Positions 52,835 through 62,348 of a DNA stretch of 64,000 nt are shown here, one piece after another. Location of the stretch: the NCBI GenBank assembly GCA_965205505.1, contig CBDBHB010000008.1:480001-544000 (forward strand), written 5' to 3'. Position numbers and translations under genes: made by a program. The stretch is from Acidobacteriota bacterium. GTDB lineage: Bacteria > Acidobacteriota > UBA890 > WLXD01. A model generated the notes under the pieces. It saw only the letters and a list, made by a program, of their open reading frames with translations, made no database searches and was not told the DNA's origin. Numbering within the stretch: the first letter of the stretch is position 1; the number at the start of each line of letters is the position of its first letter.

Positions 52835-54730
52835 ATGGACACGATGAGAGAGATCTCAGTTGCGACCCGGTCCGGGTCATCCGGGACAGTCCGTGCTCGT
52901 GTCGTATGGATCGGCGTCCTGCTACTGACCCTGTGGGCGGGGTTTCTCTCGGGTCAGCAGGGCTTCCCGCGCAACCAGGCCCTCTATGTGACGATGCGCG
53001 ACGGAGTCAAGATTGCGATCGATGTCTGGTTACCTGCAAGCCTGGAGCCTGACCAGGAGATCCCGACGGTTCTTCGTGCAACGCGCTACTGGCGCGCCAC
53101 CGATACCCGCAGCGACCGGCCCGAGGACGATCGCAACTTTGGCGAGGCGGAGCGCTTCAACAACAATGGGTACGCCCTGGTCCTCGTCGACGCGCGCGGC
53201 AGTGGAGCTTCCTTCGGTACCCGGCCCTATGAGCTCAGCCAAGAAGAGGTGCAGGACTACGGTGAGGTCGTCGATTGGGTCGTCGGGCAGCCTTGGTCCA
53301 ACGGCCGGGTTGGAGCGTGGGGCGTTTCCTACTCCGGCAACACGGCGGAGATGCTGGCCGTAACCGGTCACCCAGCGGTCAAGGCGATCGCACCGCTGTT
53401 CAACGACTTCGACAACTTCGGTCACCTGGTGTTTCCGAACAGCTTGCTCACCGTCGGCTTCCTGCAAGCCTGGGGCGAGGCGGTCCATAACATGGACATG
53501 AACGATATCTGCGCGCTGCGGGATGTGACCGGAGACGCCTGTGCCGAGCTCGAGCAGCAAACGAGTGGCGTAAAGCCGGTCGACAGCGATCATGACCGGC
53601 AACAGCTCGCCGCCGCGATCCGCCAGCATGCCGCCAACACCCAGCCATACTTCGCAGCGCTGGACTACGACTTCCGCGACGACCCCTTCGGCTCTGCCGG
53701 CGTGCGGGACGTTGGCTTCAAGCGCAGCCCTGCCGGTTACCTACCTCAGATCGAGGCGTCGGGAGTAGCGATGTTGATCCGAGTCGGTTGGCTGGATGCC
53801 GCAACCGTCAACGGCGCTCTCGGCCGCTACACGACGATCGATAATCCACAGCTGGTGAAGATCGGACCCTGGGACCACGGGGCTAACAACGACACCGATC
53901 CGTTCAAGCCTGTGGCAACAGCGGTCTCGCCTTCTCGCCAGGCACAAGACGAGGAATTGATCGAGTTCTTCGATCAATTCCTCAAGACAGACACCCCGGT
54001 GACGCCGGCGAGCCGTATCGACTACTACACGATGGGCTCCGGTCAATGGAATAGCACTCAGGTGTGGCCACCCGAGGGGTTTGCGCCTCAGCGTTGGTAC
54101 TTTGCTGCAGGTTCCGCCTTGAGCAGAGACGCGCCGGCACAGGCAACCGGCGCCGACAGCTACGTAGTGGACTTCGAGGCCACCACCGGACGGCACAATC
54201 GCTGGTTCACCAATGGTGGGGCCGGAGACGTGACCTACCCGGACCGTGCGCGAGCGGATCAACGGCTTCTGACGTACACCGGCAGCCCATTGAGCAGCGA
54301 CGTCGAGATCACCGGCCACCCCCTGGTCACGCTCTACGTGGCTTCGACACACAGCGACGGCGCATTCATCGCCTATCTTGAAGACGTCGCTCCGAACGGG
54401 AAAGTGACCTATATCACCGAAGGCGGGCTACGAGCCGTGGTTCGACGCGTGACCGAGGAGCCTCCCCTCTACACGAAGTTCGGACCTCACCGCACGGAAA
54501 GGCGTGCCGACGCCTGGCACCTGATACCGGGAGAAGTCGCCGAGCTGACGTTCGACCTTTGGGCGACGTCCGTCCTTGTGAAGAAGGGACACAGAATTCG
54601 CGTAGCGATCGCGGGAGCAGACCAGGATACGTTCTTTCGCTACCCCAAAGAGGGCGGCACCCCGACGATCACGGTGTACCGGGACCGCTTGCACGCGTCC
54701 CATATCGAGCTACCCGTCAAGGCACGCTAA
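52835..54730 (+). CDS. CocE/NonD-family hydrolase
   Basis: MRDGVKIAID, TRYWR, DARGSGASFG, QPWSNGRVGAWGVSYSG. Confidence 0.9.
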   Translation: MDTMREISVATRSGSSGTVRARVVWIGVLLLTLWAGFLSGQQGFPRNQALYVTMRDGVKIAIDVWLPASLEPDQEIPTVLRATRYWRATDTRSDRPEDDRNFGEAERFNNNGYALVLVDARGSGASFGTRPYELSQEEVQDYGEVVDWVVGQPWSNGRVGAWGVSYSGNTAEMLAVTGHPAVKAIAPLFNDFDNFGHLVFPNSLLTVGFLQAWGEAVHNMDMNDICALRDVTGDACAELEQQTSGVKPVDSDHDRQQLAAAIRQHAANTQPYFAALDYDFRDDPFGSAGVRDVGFKRSPAGYLPQIEASGVAMLIRVGWLDAATVNGALGRYTTIDNPQLVKIGPWDHGANNDTDPFKPVATAVSPSRQAQDEELIEFFDQFLKTDTPVTPASRIDYYTMGSGQWNSTQVWPPEGFAPQRWYFAAGSALSRDAPAQATGADSYVVDFEATTGRHNRWFTNGGAGDVTYPDRARADQRLLTYTGSPLSSDVEITGHPLVTLYVASTHSDGAFIAYLEDVAPNGKVTYITEGGLRAVVRRVTEEPPLYTKFGPHRTERRADAWHLIPGEVAELTFDLWATSVLVKKGHRIRVAIAGADQDTFFRYPKEGGTPTITVYRDRLHASHIELPVKAR

Positions 54731-55192
54731 TCGCTGCCCGCTGCGAAACCCGGGCCACTTCCTCTGCGTAATGCAAGCAAGGAGAGCCCGGACGCCCGAC
54801 CGTCGCCCGCTCCTCCCCGTTTCCGAGGCCGGTCATGATCACCCAGAAGCTCCGCACCACGATACGCAAGCTCGCCCTGTCGCCCTTCTTCTCGATCGTC
54901 GCAATATTGACGTTGGCGTTGGGGATCTCCGCCATAGTAATGTAACTAAATTACGTATTTACAATAGTTTACAGGAACTTCTAGTAGGCTATCACCTCAC
55001 TATTACCACCATTAAATCTGGGAATAAAGCGAACTTCTCCGGACCTCTGGGGAGCCCTGAACACACCGAGCGCCGAGGCCACAATCGCACCCGGGGCTGC
55101 AACTACACCACGCATCGCGGCCTCTTATTGCCCCATCTTCGGGTCGCTAGCACAGCGAGCCGACCTTCACGGGCGCGCCCGAGCTGTACCTT

Positions 55193-55444
55193 TCACCCCT
55201 CATGTGACCAAGGCACTGCCTGGTCCCATAGCGCCTCCAGGGCTTCGGTGTCGCCGGCAGCGCGGGCGCGTACCAGCGCCGCCAGGAGTGCCCCATCCAT
55301 CCGGAACACCTCTGTGCGCCGGTACCAGGTCGGTGGCCCTCCAGCCGTGGTGAGCTCCACTGCCTGGTCGGTCACGGCCAGCACACGCCGCAATGCGGCG
55401 CGCCCATCCGCCATGCGGCACACAACCAGCTGGCCTCTCTTCAT
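55193..55444 (-). CDS. Small hypothetical protein, divergent from the wHTH gene
   Basis: 83-aa ORF with a plausible beta-then-helix composition; no family recognised. Confidence 0.4.
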   Translation of the reverse strand: MKRGQLVVCRMADGRAALRRVLAVTDQAVELTTAGGPPTWYRRTEVFRMDGALLAALVRARAAGDTEALEALWDQAVPWSHEG

Positions 55445-55457
55445 GCAGCACGATAAG

Positions 55458-55488
55458 AGCTTAAGCTAGGAAGTTCCGGATGGAACTT
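55458..55488. promoter_or_regulatory. Two palindromic operator-like sites in a 54-bp divergent intergenic gap
   Basis: AGCTTAAGCT (55458-67) and AAGTTCC-GGAT-GGAACTT (55471-88). Confidence 0.5.
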
Positions 55489-55498
55489 TAACCTACTG

Positions 55499-56047
55499 AT
55501 GGAGAACAAGGTGATGGCTATCAACAAGGCAGTTCGTGACGGACTCCAAGCAGAACAAGCAGACGTTGCGGATGAGATGGCTCAGCTTGAGGCACGGCTG
55601 CAGTGGCTCAAGACACGACAGGACGCCCTCCACTTAATCCTGCAACAAGAGGCAGCACCTCCGGAACAAAAGGCGGCACCGGACGCCGGACTGCGCCGAC
55701 TCAGTGTTCGTGATGCGGCCCGAGCGGTACTCAAGGAGGCTGGGGCGCTGAAGCCTTCGCGGGTCACGCAGATTCTGCGCGATCGTGGCTATCAGCTCAA
55801 AGGAAAGATGAAGCCGGGTGCGCGTGTCGGGCAGGAGCTTTGGGCGATGGCCAAGTCGGGCACGCTGAGCAAGAACTCCGCTGGAGAGTACTTCTTGCCC
55901 GGTGAGGAACAAGACGAACCGAACACGGCTGCGCCACCGCCGCCCAGCTCCGATGAGGATGCCTCAGCCGTTGTCCGGAACGAATCAGCCGGCGCAACAG
56001 GTGCGGACAGCGGTACCGAGGCAGAAGGGTCAGGAGCATCGAGTTGA
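55499..56047 (+). CDS. Coiled-coil + winged-helix (HARE-HTH-like) DNA-binding protein
   Basis: Heptad-rich N-terminus, then SVRDAARAVLKEAGAL...VTQILRDRGY...G.YFL. Confidence 0.55.
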   Translation: MENKVMAINKAVRDGLQAEQADVADEMAQLEARLQWLKTRQDALHLILQQEAAPPEQKAAPDAGLRRLSVRDAARAVLKEAGALKPSRVTQILRDRGYQLKGKMKPGARVGQELWAMAKSGTLSKNSAGEYFLPGEEQDEPNTAAPPPPSSDEDASAVVRNESAGATGADSGTEAEGSGASS

Positions 56048-56529
56048 CGGTCTTGAGGTGGTGCCGGTGAGTTCCACTCCATTCGAGCCGTCACTGCCGG
56101 GTGATGGACCTTAGCCCCTTCGGCGGCGCTCAGGGTCCGGTGGCGTTTGTCTTTCACGACGGCGGCACGACGCCGCTCGATCTTTCCTTTCACTTCCTCG
56201 ACGCCGATGGCGGTTCCGAAGTTACTCCGGAACTGTGCGCCGCCGAGACCGGTGGCCGCGTCCGAGTTCATGTTGACGGGCTTCCTGACATATTCGACGT
56301 GCGGTGGCAGGACTCGGCACTGTGCTGCGACGGCGCGCCAGGGCAGCTTTTCGTTCTTCCTCGGACGTTGCGACTCGACCTCGGTCACACCTCGTTACGG
56401 TGGCTGCTCACTGGCTCATGCGGCCAACGGGGCTGGAGTGTGGCGCAAAACGACACGGCGGGGAGGTCGGTCGACAGCGTGCCACTCGACCGGGTGCAGC
56501 GCATTGACTTCGTATTGCAGTAGGGGGCC

Positions 56530-56745
56530 TACATCAAGCCCGATCGCCTTCGGCGACAGATCCAGAGAGTCCATCAAAATTTGGTGGAACAATGCCTCGC
56601 AGCCGATGCCGATCTGTCGGTACACACTCGTCATCCCACCGGCGGCCTTGTGCGCCGTGTACATCAGCGGGATTAGCGAGGCACATCCAGTGATAGGAGG
56701 GGTCGCTTCCACGCATCTGCTCGAAGTCCGCGAGCGAGAAGCCGA
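56530..56745 (-). pseudogene. Frameshifted fragment resembling a type II restriction-endonuclease-like family
   Basis: FSLADFEQM.GSDP.YHW...NP followed by LMYTAHKAAGGMTSVYRQIGIGCE.LF in an adjacent frame; the family assignment is from memory only. Confidence 0.35.
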
Positions 56746-56747
56746 CC

Positions 56748-56805
56748 TTAGGTTCAGGACCTAGTGGGCGCAAGCCCGTGGGGGTTCAAGTCCCTCCTTG
56801 GGCAC
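56748..56805 (+). tRNA. 3' half of tRNA-Leu(CAG) (att-site duplication, not a complete gene)
   Basis: Anticodon arm TTAGG-TTCAGGA-CCTAG, variable arm GGGC-GCAA-GCCC, T-arm GGGGGTTCAAGTCCCTC, acceptor 3' strand CTTGGGCA; no 5' GCCCAAG or D-arm upstream. Confidence 0.8.
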
Positions 56806-56840
56806 TACGGGTTAACCTCTTATAAAACAAGAAGATGTCG

Positions 56841-56873
56841 AGGGGACCGGGGCATTTCGTCTCGGTCCCCTTT
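56841..56873 (+). terminator. Hairpin following the tRNA fragment
   Basis: AGGGGACCGGGGC-ATTTC-GTCTCGGTCCCCT-TT. Confidence 0.55.
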
Positions 56874-57179
56874 CGCCGTTTCCAGGGCGAAAATTAACAA
56901 ACAGTTAACAAAACGGTCGCGAATTCGTCGTCGGTGGCGGTGATGATGCTGTTTGCCGACGGAGACATCGTCCGCTCGATGCAGCGGGCCGATACGGCAT
57001 AGCAACCGTTACGGGCCCTTTTCACCGAAGTCCGACCCGGCGCGCGTACGGACCCGACGCTTAGAGGTGACCCGGGAGGGTCCCGACGGCCTCGGCGATC
57101 GGATTCTTTACCGTGAGGATGAGCCCCGACTTCGCGATGTCGCACCGGGCCGCTCCTACGCGTTCGATGGTGACGGCCA

Positions 57180-57724
57180 TTACTTCCTGCTCATCATGGA
57201 CGACTGGCTGCTCATGCCCTTCATCACCACCGAGCGGCGCAAGATCCTCAAGGTCATCGAGGATCGCCACGAGCTTGCCTCAACGTTGATCGCCTCCCGC
57301 CTGCCGATCCCAGCCTGGCACGAGGCGCTGGCGAACCGACGGTCGCGGGCGCGATCTGTGACCGCCTGATCCACGCGGCTCACAAGATCCAGCTCAAGGG
57401 CTGCTCGATGCGTGAGATCCGCGCCCAGAGTCGATCGAAAAGCTAGTCGATGACGCCCGTCGCTGCGCTCCGATCCCGAACGCCGCCTCAGGGCCGTGGA
57501 TCCTGCCTGGCCTGTAGAAAACGCTGCGCGTTTACCACCGATCCTTGGGCGGCGCTGCGCGCCGCAGCACAGTTTCCACAGTCCCCCACGGCTACTACTC
57601 CTGCAACCCCGACTCCCAAGCAGATAAGCTACTCGTCGCTTCACTCCGATGGTGTGATCCCGTTCAGCCGAAACTGCTGATTACGTTGCACCGAAACGAG
57701 CGATCACGTTCCCCGAAATAGGCT
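57180..57724 (+). mobile_element. IS21-family relic: frameshifted istB 3' end plus right terminal repeats
   Basis: LLIMDDW...IEDRHE..STLIASRLP..WH then ICDRLIHAAHKIQLKG.SMR; three GAT.(A/C)CGTT....CGAAA repeats at 57655-57719. Confidence 0.8.
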
Positions 57725-57827
57725 GTGCCCGCCTTCGACGAAGGGTAGAGCGTGGAGGTGGCACTCAGAAAGCGCTGAGGACGGATCGTTTTCCCGCAGC
57801 CTGCTCGAGCACAACGGAATACGCTGT

Positions 57828-59402
57828 ATGGCCAAGCTACGCCGACTTCTAACACATGGGTACCTCCCTGAGGAGTTGCCGCAAGCCTTCAACAGCAACT
57901 CCTTTGGCCGACTACTTGGGGTAGCGAGCGCGAGTCCGCAACGAGGCTTCTATCGAACAAGGGGCAAAAAACTTCCTGTATATGAACTGGCCCGCCACAA
58001 CATCGCGCGCGCCGGTCAACTACGACGAGTTCTTTCGATCCCGAACCCTCTCGGACACTACTCTCTGGCACGTGAGATCGCCGTTAATTGGGAGCCCATT
58101 CAATCTCAATGTCGACGGAGTTCTCTTTCCCGAACCACGCCGTTGGCGGTGGACCAAGGTCCCCGGGCACTCATGTCCGAGACAGGAATCGAAGATCGGG
58201 TCCGACTTCGAGCTAGGTACAGAGCAACTGGCGGGTACCTTCTACGTGCGGACATCCAGAGCTTCTATCAATCGATCTACACGCACTCCATCCGCTGGGC
58301 GCTCTACGGTAAGGTCAAAGCAAAGCAGAACCGTTATGGACGCAACTTAGGCAACAATCTCGATTATTGGATTCGCCAAGCACAGGATCAGCAGACCAAG
58401 GGCATTCCTATCGGGCCCGACACCTCGTTGGTTATCGCAGAGATCGTGTTGAGTGCTGTCGATGAGGCTCTCGAAAAGAAGCTCGGTCGCGTCGTGGGAT
58501 TCAGGGCAATCGATGACTACGAACTCGCCTTCAAATCGCGAGACGAGGCCGAGGGAGCACTCGCCGGCCTCCAGACAGAGCTAATGCGCTTCGAGCTCCA
58601 ACTCAATCAGAACAAGTGTTCTGTACACCCACTGCCGGAGCCTATCACGCCGCTATGGACGACACAGTTGCGCACCTTCAAGATCCGATCGACTAGTCGC
58701 GAGCAGATCTCGGACCTCATGGAGTTCTTCAGCTTGGCGTTCGAACTTTTCCAACAATTCTCCGCTTCGTCGATACTACGATACGCAATTGGGCGGACAA
58801 GCAATGAGAACATCGACCCGGCGGCATGGCCCGTCTACCAAGATCTCCTGCTTCAGTGCGCCACTTCCGAGTCAGGCACCATCAGGTGGGTGCTTGCAGA
58901 GCTAGACCGCTACGCGAGCAATAGCGGGTGCTTGGATCACGACCGCATCCAACAGATGCTCACCGGTCTCATTACTCGCCATCTGCCCCTTGGCCACGGA
59001 AGTGAGGTGGCGTGGGCCATCTGGACCGCCATCAAACTAAAGATCAGGCTCGGGCATGAAGCGAGCGTCGATCTGACTCAAATGGAGGATCCTCTAGTAC
59101 CCATCCTGGCACTGGATGCGGACGCAAGAGGGTTGTTTGACTCTCATCTGGATAAGGGCCCGTGGAGCGCTATGATGACCGTGCAGGATCTCCACGGCGC
59201 GAATTGGCTGCTCGCCTACGAGGCTAGCGTTCAGGGGTGGCTTCCCTCCGTGGGAACACGCGATCACATAAAAGACTCGAGAGGATTTTCTTATCTGCGT
59301 CGGAACGATGTCCGCTTCTACAATCGCGCCGCGTCCGCTCGCTACATCAAGACGTGGCCGAGTCGGTTCACATTCTCGCAGCTGATTGGCTATGGCATCT
59401 AG
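57828..59402 (+). CDS. Stand-alone UG/Abi-type reverse transcriptase (putative anti-phage DRT/Abi polymerase) with a helical C-terminal domain
   Basis: GYLPEELP, RRVLSIPNP, ADIQSFYQSIYTHSIRWA, GIPIGPDTSLVIAEI, FRAIDDY, LQLNQNK; C-terminal EVAWAIW and WLLAYEA; lower GC than its flanks. Confidence 0.88.
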   Translation: MAKLRRLLTHGYLPEELPQAFNSNSFGRLLGVASASPQRGFYRTRGKKLPVYELARHNIARAGQLRRVLSIPNPLGHYSLAREIAVNWEPIQSQCRRSSLSRTTPLAVDQGPRALMSETGIEDRVRLRARYRATGGYLLRADIQSFYQSIYTHSIRWALYGKVKAKQNRYGRNLGNNLDYWIRQAQDQQTKGIPIGPDTSLVIAEIVLSAVDEALEKKLGRVVGFRAIDDYELAFKSRDEAEGALAGLQTELMRFELQLNQNKCSVHPLPEPITPLWTTQLRTFKIRSTSREQISDLMEFFSLAFELFQQFSASSILRYAIGRTSNENIDPAAWPVYQDLLLQCATSESGTIRWVLAELDRYASNSGCLDHDRIQQMLTGLITRHLPLGHGSEVAWAIWTAIKLKIRLGHEASVDLTQMEDPLVPILALDADARGLFDSHLDKGPWSAMMTVQDLHGANWLLAYEASVQGWLPSVGTRDHIKDSRGFSYLRRNDVRFYNRAASARYIKTWPSRFTFSQLIGYGI

Positions 59403-59429
59403 TTCGGCGTCTCCGACTCTCGTGACGAT

Positions 59430-62033
59430 TGACCTTGCCCCGCTTTCCCGGACACTTAGTTAAGATCCATTGTCGTAGTCGTGACCTGCCCCCCAAAGCT
59501 GGACACATCAAAACGAGAAAATCTCGGGGTATGAGTGCTCATCCTTCGGCAACCTGTTGGAGCTGTTGGACATACACAGCCGGAGCTAGATATCCCAAGG
59601 AAGAATGCGGTCTCGTTTCGTTGTACTCCCGGCGCCACCCCTCCAGCTGTTCCTGGGCCTCAGAGAGGCTCAGGAACCAGCTCTGGCTCAGACACTCGTC
59701 CCTGAGTTTGCCGTTGAAGCTCTCGATGTAGCCGTTCTCGACCGGTCGGCCGGGGCTGATGAAGTCCAGTTGGATACCGGCCGTGTAGGCCCAAGCGTCG
59801 AAGTGGTTGGAAGTGAACTCCGTGCCGTTGTCGAGCGTCAAGGCGATCGGCGCACCTCGTTGCGCCACGACCTTCTCGAGCACGTCCGTGACTCGCCTGG
59901 AGGGCAGCGACACGTCCGCCTCCAGCGCTAGGCATTCGCGGCTGTGGATGTCGATCACCGTGAGCACGCGGAACCTCCGGCCGTTGGCCAGAGCATCGCT
60001 GACGAAGTCCAGACTCCACCGCTCGTTGGGTGCCGACGGGGCCGGCAGATGAGCCCGCGGCCGCGCCGCGACCTTTCGCCGACGGGGTCGCGTTCGTAAC
60101 TGCAGTCTCTCCTGCTGGTAGAGCCGCAGCACTCGCTTGGCGTTGATCTTCCAGCCCTCCCGGCACAACAGCACATGCAATCGTCGATATCCGTAACGCG
60201 GCCGGGCCGCCGCCAGGTCGCGGATTCTGAGTCGCAGTGCCTCCTGCGGATCTTTTCGGTGCCGATAGTAGAAACTGCTGCGCTGAAGTTGCATCAGCCC
60301 GCACGCGCGGCGTGTCCCGATCTGGTACCGCTGTCGGGTTTGACGCACCAGCTGGCGCTTGCGCGCGGGCCTCAGACTTTTCTTGCCAGCACATCCTGGA
60401 GGATCTGCTTGTCCAATCTCAGATCGGCTACCAGCTTCTTGAGTTGACCGTTCTCCCGCTCCAGCTCTTTGAGCCGTCGCAGCTCGCTCGGCGCTAACCC
60501 CCCGTACTTGCTGCGCCACCGATAAAACGTCTGCTGGCTGACCCCGTACTTGCGGCACAACTCCGGAATCGGTACGCCGAGCTCCACCTGCTTGATCGCC
60601 GTGACGATCTGCGCGTCGCTGAATCGGGACCTCTTCACGAGTTTCTCCTCCTCTTTCGATTACGGAGATTTTCTCGCTTCGATGCGTCCAGTTTCCAGGG
60701 GCAGGTCAGTCGTATTAGCGGCTGTGGGAGCTGTTGGCAACGCGGAGCGTTGTCCAAGCGACGGTGGAAATCGGGAGTCGATTTCCACGGGCGCGTCAGC
60801 TTCCACAGCTGATTGGCCGCTCTGGCCTGGCCGCCGCATTGCCGCCTCGAACTGAGCCGGACTCTGGTCTCCGATCGAGGTGTGCATGCGAGCCCGGTTG
60901 TAGAACACTTCGATGTAGTGGAACAACTCGGCTCGGGCCGCCGCCCGGGAACTGAAGCAGCCACCGAGTTGGAACTTCAGGGTAGAGAAGAAACTCTCCA
61001 TCGGCGCGTTATCCCAGCAGTCTCCTTTCCTGCTCATGCTGATGGTGAAGCCACGGTCACGCAGCTTGTCTAGGTAATCGTCGCTGCTGTACTGGCTGCC
61101 GCGGTCGCTGTGATGGAGCACTCCGGAACCGGGACGGCGTTGCTCCAAGGCCTGATCCAGGACCGCCAGCGTCAAATCGTCCGTCATCGTCTCGCTCACC
61201 GCCCAGCCGATGATCCGTCGCGAGCACAGATCCATCACCACGGCCAGGTATAGCCATCCTTCCTGCGTCCACAGGTATGTCAGGTCGCCCACCCAGACGC
61301 TGTCCACGGCATCCACCGTGAAGCGCCGTGCCAGCACGTTGGGCGCCGCTGACCGGCCAGGTGTGGGCCGTGTTGTCACCCGGAACCGACGGGGTTGGCG
61401 AGCTCGAAGTCCTTCCTGGCGCATCAGCCGAGCTACCCGCTTGCGAGAGCAGCGGATCCCTCGTTGCCGAAGTTGCTTGTGGATGCGCGGACTTCCGTAA
61501 CGGTCGCGGCTCTCTCGGAATGCAGCTCTGATCTGCACACGTAGACGGCGATCTTCTCGCGCTCTCGGGCTCGGCCCCCTTCCTCGCCACTCGTAGTAAC
61601 CGCCGTGAGACACCTCGAGCATCTTGCACAACCGCCGCACCGGGAACTTGCCGGACAGTTGCTTGATGATCGGGTACTTCATCGCGGGCGTTCCGAGAAG
61701 ATCGCCAACGCTTTTTTTAGAATGTCGCGCACCTGCCGTACTCGCCGCACGTCCCGCCGTAGCTGTTGCCCGTCCAGGTCCTGGTCGGGCATCTTCCCCG
61801 CGCCCGGAAACGCCGTGACCCCCTGCTCCTGGAGCTGTTTGCGCCACTTGGTCAACATGCCGCGGCCAACACCCAGATCCCGGGCCACCTCAGACACCGG
61901 ATGGCCCAGCTGCGTCACCATCCTCACTGCCTCAATCTTGAACTCGCGACTGTACCGCCGTCGTGACCCCATGCTTCACCTCCGAGCCCATTATCGGGCT
62001 TCCAAAGGTGTCCGGGAAATCGGGGGAGGCCCA
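59430..62033 (-). mobile_element. IS3-family element (outer): OrfA 61679..61972, OrfB from 61682
   Basis: TIRs TGACCTTGCCCCGCTTTCCCGGACAC / GTGTCCGGGAAATCGGGGGAGGCCCA; 3-bp GAT duplication on both sides; WVGDLTY, HHSDRGSQY, GDCWDNAPMESFF. Confidence 0.92.
59482..60708 (-). mobile_element. IS3-family element (inner, IS407-like): OrfA 60372..60638, OrfB ending 59539
   Basis: TIRs TGACCTGCCCC...; 4-bp GTCG duplication; [32 protein letters not shown]; A-rich slippery site at the OrfA/OrfB junction. Confidence 0.93.
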
Positions 62034-62348
62034 GATGTCGATCTGCTGGTCGAGATCGAAACCGGCCCCGGTCGTAGGCCTGTAGCTCGTCCAGGTAGCG
62101 CGTCAAGTGATCGGCGCGCCGCGAAGCCGGCGGCCCTCATCGCCTCCGGAGCGACGTCGCCGCGCTGGATCGGCGGCGCCAGGCCGCCAGGGCCACCGAC
62201 GACGACGACTCGCGCAGTACCGGTCGATGAAGGCTTCGAAGCACCCGCCCGCCGCGGCGTACTGAGGCTCCGGCCCCTCGTGACGCGTAGGTGCGGGGCA
62301 GCGCACCGCGTACGGATCTCGTTACGGACGTTCCTCCGCCCGTGGGGC

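Noticed and set aside
56748-56805. Complete, split or permuted tRNA gene
   Set aside because: I found no 5' half in the window; an att duplication is the simpler explanation.
57655-57719. Three ~22-bp repeats upstream of the RT as a possible CRISPR array or DGR/template repeat
   Set aside because: There are no unique spacers, and the position after istB matches IS21 terminal repeats.
57828-59402. RT as a group II intron, DGR or classical retron
   Set aside because: No YADD or maturase domain, no TR/VR pair or Avd, and no recognisable NAxxH/VTG retron motifs or effector gene.
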